A stretch of DNA of 64,000 bases, taken from positions 288,001 to 352,000 of the forward strand of contig CAXXFF010000003.1 of the NCBI GenBank assembly GCA_963676835.2, written 5' to 3'. The translations under genes and the position numbers were made by a program. Positions 60,549 through 64,000 of the stretch are shown piece after piece (position 1 is the first letter of the stretch; every line of letters begins with the position of its first letter). A model generated the notes under the pieces. The model saw only the letters and a list, made by a program, of their open reading frames with translations, was not told the origin of the DNA and did no database searches. Source of the stretch: Marispirochaeta sp. GTDB taxonomy: Bacteria; Spirochaetota; Spirochaetia; JC444; Marispirochaetaceae.

Positions 60549-61541
60549 ATGACCTCATATAAAGAGCTTGGTCTTGTTAATACCAAAGAAATTTTCAAGA
60601 AGGCTGTTGCCGGCGGTTACGCTATTCCCGCCTACAACTTCAATAACATGGAGCAGATGCAGGCAATTGTACAGGCCTGTGTTGAAACCAAATCACCTGT
60701 AATTCTTCAGGTATCTTCCGGTGCGAGAAAATACGCAAACTCCACCCTTCTCCGCTACATGGCTCAGGGAGCCGTTGCCTACGCAAAGGAACTCGGATAC
60801 GAGATTCCAATTGTACTTCACCTGGACCATGGCGACACCTTTGAGCTCTGTAAAGACTGTATAGATTCCGGTTTTTCTTCTGTTATGATCGATGGAAGCC
60901 ACCACTCCTACGAAGAGAACGTTGCACTTACCAAAAAGGTAGTGGAATATGCTCACGCCCACGATGTAACAGTCGAAGGAGAACTGGGAGTTCTTGCAGG
61001 CATTGAAGATGATGTGGTAGCCGAAACTTCAACCTACACAAAACCCGAAGAGGTAATTGATTTCGTTGAAAGAACCGGTGTAGATTCCCTTGCAATTTCC
61101 ATCGGAACCAGTCACGGCGCCATGAAATTTACTCCCGATCAGTGTACCCGCAATGCGGAAGGCGTTCTGGTACCCCCACCCCTCCGTTTTGATATCCTTG
61201 AAGAAATTGAGAAAAAGCTTCCTGGCTTCCCCATTGTTCTTCACGGGTCATCCTCTGTTCCCATGGATAAGGTCAATATGATCAATAAATTCGGCGGCGC
61301 CATGAAGGATGCAGTGGGAATCCCCGAGGAACAACTGCGAAAAGCGGCCAAATCTGCAGTCTGCAAAATCAATATCGACTCTGACGGACGTCTTGCTATG
61401 ACTGCTGCTGTTCGTGAGGTTATGGCTACCAAACCTGAAGAGTTTGACCCCCGTAAATACCTCGGACCAGCACGGGATTCGCTGAAAGAACTCTACATGC
61501 ACAAAAATGAAAAGGTACTCGGTTCTGCCGGACAGGCCTGA
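60549..61541 (+). CDS. fba: Class II fructose-1,6-bisphosphate aldolase
   Basis: VLHLDHG, SSVMIDGS, VEGELG, IGTSHG, VLHGSS, KINIDSD, FDPRKYL. Confidence 0.95.
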   Translation: MTSYKELGLVNTKEIFKKAVAGGYAIPAYNFNNMEQMQAIVQACVETKSPVILQVSSGARKYANSTLLRYMAQGAVAYAKELGYEIPIVLHLDHGDTFELCKDCIDSGFSSVMIDGSHHSYEENVALTKKVVEYAHAHDVTVEGELGVLAGIEDDVVAETSTYTKPEEVIDFVERTGVDSLAISIGTSHGAMKFTPDQCTRNAEGVLVPPPLRFDILEEIEKKLPGFPIVLHGSSSVPMDKVNMINKFGGAMKDAVGIPEEQLRKAAKSAVCKINIDSDGRLAMTAAVREVMATKPEEFDPRKYLGPARDSLKELYMHKNEKVLGSAGQA

Positions 61542-61573
61542 TCCGTTTCTTTTGCAATTCAGTACTTAAATAG

Positions 61574-61610
61574 AAAAGCTGCGGCAGATAATACCTGCTG
61601 CAGCTTTTTT
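61574..61610. terminator. Bidirectional terminator after fba
   Basis: AAAAGCTGCGGCAG...CTGCTGCAGCTTTTTT. Confidence 0.85.
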
Positions 61611-61667
61611 ATTGTCTTGATTTTACAAGGAGAGCTGATAGACGATTCAGGGAAAATCCCAAATATG

Positions 61668-62297
61668 TCAGCTGACGATGTTTTCTTTAAGCACCAGATA
61701 GATACTGCCTGCAGCAAAAACGGTAAACAGTGCAGCAGCTCCAAGCCAGTAAAAGCTGTAAAAAAGGGCGGGAACAAGGGCAAATAAAAATGAAACCGCC
61801 AGGGATATGACAACAAAAGCCAGTCCTTTGCTGCTGCCTGACGAGAGGTACCTGCCGAAGAGAGCAGATAGAAGCAATATAAAGGAAAGTATTACCAGGG
61901 GCAGAAAAAAGAGGAGAAAAGGGTCTCTCATTGTTGGGTATCGAATTATGGTATCAATGCCCATGGGGAGAAAAAGCCCCGAAAAGAAGGGATATACTGT
62001 TGCCTCTTTAAGAAATCCGCTGAAAAAACTGCTTTTAAAAACCATTACGCCTAGAAAAGCAGCTATTCCAATACTGAGAAATAACTCCAGGGCCCAGAAA
62101 AAGTAGTCACTGAGAAAAGAAGGGATCATCCCCGCCGGCAGCCTGATAATCCAGGAAACCAGAAGATAAAAGAGGTATGTCCAGAACCCGGCTGCATATG
62201 ATTTCCACCAGATGAGTTTGTCCGGCAGCCCTTTTCGTTTTGTTAAGAACAAGACAAACGGTGCCAGAATCGGAAATACAGCTAAAAACGATATCAT
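61668..62297 (-). CDS. Hypothetical polytopic membrane protein
   Basis: 209 aa, mostly hydrophobic; promoter TTGCCA-17-TACTAT 6 nt upstream. Confidence 0.75.
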   Translation of the reverse strand: MISFLAVFPILAPFVLFLTKRKGLPDKLIWWKSYAAGFWTYLFYLLVSWIIRLPAGMIPSFLSDYFFWALELFLSIGIAAFLGVMVFKSSFFSGFLKEATVYPFFSGLFLPMGIDTIIRYPTMRDPFLLFFLPLVILSFILLLSALFGRYLSSGSSKGLAFVVISLAVSFLFALVPALFYSFYWLGAAALFTVFAAGSIYLVLKENIVS

Positions 62298-62605
62298 AGC
62301 GGTATAGTATCAGGTTAGTTTTCTTGTGGCAATTATCTCCTGAGGATTCAGTTTTCTGTAAATAGAATTGCTGCATTACTCAAATCATGTTAAACACTCA
62401 AACCCGACACATTTTCGAGTATAATTTACCTGTTTACACTTTACCCGTATCGTTTTATTATTGTTCAACAACGCATTATCTCATCACGTGTCAAATATCT
62501 CCATACTGAAGTAATATGTTTATCCGATAGCAGTATTTGAGTTATTGATTCTTTCTATGCAGAATGATATAGTGCCATCTCATATCGGATTATTTTGGAG
62601 GAATA

Positions 62606-63181
62606 TTGGCTGTTAAAGACCTGCGGATCAATGAACAGATCCGTGTTCGCGAAGTACGCTTAATTGATGGTGAGGGTGAACAACGTGGAGTACTACCCGC
62701 AAACGAGGCTATGCAGCTCGCCCAGGAAGCCGGGCTGGACCTGGTAGAGATCGCACCCAACGCGAATCCGCCGGTCTGCAAAATCCTCGACTACGGTAAG
62801 TATAAATTCGAGCAGGAAAAACGCATCCGGGAATCTAAAAAGAAGCAGAAGCTTCTGAAGATGAAAGAAATCAGGATGCAGCCCAAGATCGAAAAGCACG
62901 ACATGGAGTTCAAAGCCAAACACATAAGGACCTTCCTGGAAGAAGGTAACAAAGTAAAAGTTACCATCCGTTTCCGGGGACGTGAGCTGGCTCATACAGA
63001 ACTCGGTAAAGTAGTGCTGGAAAAGATTATGGAGCTACTCGAAGATTCATTTATCGTTGACCGTGCACCTGCAATGGAAGGGCGATTTATGTCGATGATC
63101 CTTAACCCGAAGAACTCCAATAAATCCAAGGCAAAGAAGAACAAAGAAGACGAAACGAAGGAGGAGAGCAACGATGCCTAA
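62606..63181 (+). CDS. infC: Translation initiation factor IF-3 (TTG start)
   Basis: [41 protein letters not shown]. Confidence 0.97.
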   Translation: MAVKDLRINEQIRVREVRLIDGEGEQRGVLPANEAMQLAQEAGLDLVEIAPNANPPVCKILDYGKYKFEQEKRIRESKKKQKLLKMKEIRMQPKIEKHDMEFKAKHIRTFLEEGNKVKVTIRFRGRELAHTELGKVVLEKIMELLEDSFIVDRAPAMEGRFMSMILNPKNSNKSKAKKNKEDETKEESNDA

Positions 63182-63368
63182 GATGAAGACGCGAAGAGCA
63201 GCTGCGAAACGGTACTCCTACACCGGAAGCGGCAAAATCAAGTATAAGAAACAGGGTTTGCGCCACATTCTTACCAAGAAAAGTACCAAGCGCAAGCGGA
63301 AACTTCGCAAAAGCGGTATTTTGAGCGAAGCTGAAACAAGACGTGTACGCGTCCTTATGCCCTACTGA
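63174..63368 (+). CDS. rpmI: 50S ribosomal protein L35
   Basis: [13 protein letters not shown]...HILTKKS. Confidence 0.97.
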   Translation: MPKMKTRRAAAKRYSYTGSGKIKYKKQGLRHILTKKSTKRKRKLRKSGILSEAETRRVRVLMPY

Positions 63369-63397
63369 TTATACTAGATTTTTAAGGAGACTATAAA

Positions 63398-63757
63398 ATG
63401 CCACGCGCAGTAGATGGAACCAAACGTCACGATAGACGAAAGAAGATCCTCAAGTCAGCAAAAGGCTATTGGGGACGAAGAAAAAGCAACTTCCGCACAG
63501 CGAAAGATGCCATTGCCAAAGCAGGCAACTACGCATACCGGGACAGGCGTGCAAAAAAGAGGGAGTTCAGAAGACTCTGGATTGCCCGTATTTCAGCCGC
63601 TTGCCGGGACAGAGGCGTAACCTACTCCCGCTTTATAAATGGTCTTACCAAGGCACAGGTTGAAATCAACCGTAAAGCTCTGTCAAACCTTGCTATCGAA
63701 GATCCCAAGGCATTTGACGCAATTGTTGAAACAGCAAAAAGCGCACTGGAGGGTTAA
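63398..63757 (+). CDS. rplT: 50S ribosomal protein L20
   Basis: [34 protein letters not shown]. Confidence 0.97.
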   Translation: MPRAVDGTKRHDRRKKILKSAKGYWGRRKSNFRTAKDAIAKAGNYAYRDRRAKKREFRRLWIARISAACRDRGVTYSRFINGLTKAQVEINRKALSNLAIEDPKAFDAIVETAKSALEG

Positions 63758-63764
63758 TCCTTAG

Positions 63765-64000
63765 ATGATTACCCTTGAACAGGTCCGCCTGCTTGACCAG
63801 AAGGTCAGTCAGGCGGTCGATTTAATCAGTACCCTCAGGGCTGAAAACCGGGTTCTCAACGAGAAACTCGAATCTTACCAGGAAAAAATCGGCGAATTAG
63901 AGGTACTTCTCAGCGGTCTTAAAGAGGATCAGGTCGAGGTTGAACAGAATTTCCAGAAGGCTTTGAGCGCTCTGGATCTGCTCGACTCCGATGAAACCGC
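63765..64000 (+). CDS. Coiled-coil protein, ZapB-like (partial; runs off window end)
   Basis: Manual translation MITLEQVRLLDQKVSQAVDLISTLRAENRVLNEKLESYQEKI...; heptad pattern; follows rplT. Confidence 0.7.
   Translation, partial: MITLEQVRLLDQKVSQAVDLISTLRAENRVLNEKLESYQEKIGELEVLLSGLKEDQVEVEQNFQKALSALDLLDSDET

Noticed and set aside
1..64000. CRISPR array, rRNA, prophage genes, c-di-GMP riboswitch
   Set aside because: No regularly spaced repeats, rRNA-like tracts, phage structural genes or GEMM motif were seen by eye; an Infernal/Rfam scan would be needed to exclude riboswitches

Overview
This 64-kb chromosomal window most likely comes from a free-living spirochaete: it has two tandem flaA flagellar sheath genes, infC-rpmI-rplT followed by a ZapB-like ORF, and spirochaete-style lipoproteins. 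The left ~21 kb is accessory and mostly AT-rich. It holds a TRAP / GntR-LacI / FucU / SDR sugar-acid locus, then two inverted IS66 copies, each with its own 8-bp target duplication. Between them lies a defence-like block: a decayed exonuclease-RecQ-UvrD triple-fusion gene, a second intact RecQ, an AbiEi/AbiEii type IV toxin-antitoxin pair and a GC-rich secreted orphan. The middle carries signalling and transport genes: sigma54-type promoter plus tandem PilZ genes, a histidine kinase / response regulator / orphan solute-binding protein, a TRAP operon with an internal FAD oxidoreductase, and an HD-GYP regulator with a 1590-aa hybrid kinase. The right part is mostly core genome: a DUF3524 (GTDC1/QTMAN-like) glycosyltransferase coupled to an RNA m5C methyltransferase, UvrD/PcrA, a kinase-less transketolase-SDR-TRAP operon, a RAYT-type Y1 transposase with an internal REP palindrome, tRNA-Leu(TAA), tatD, OmpA, flaA x2, fba and ribosomal genes. 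At least seven genes appear to be leaderless. No CRISPR array or rRNA was seen. All family calls come from motif recognition by eye, not database searches.
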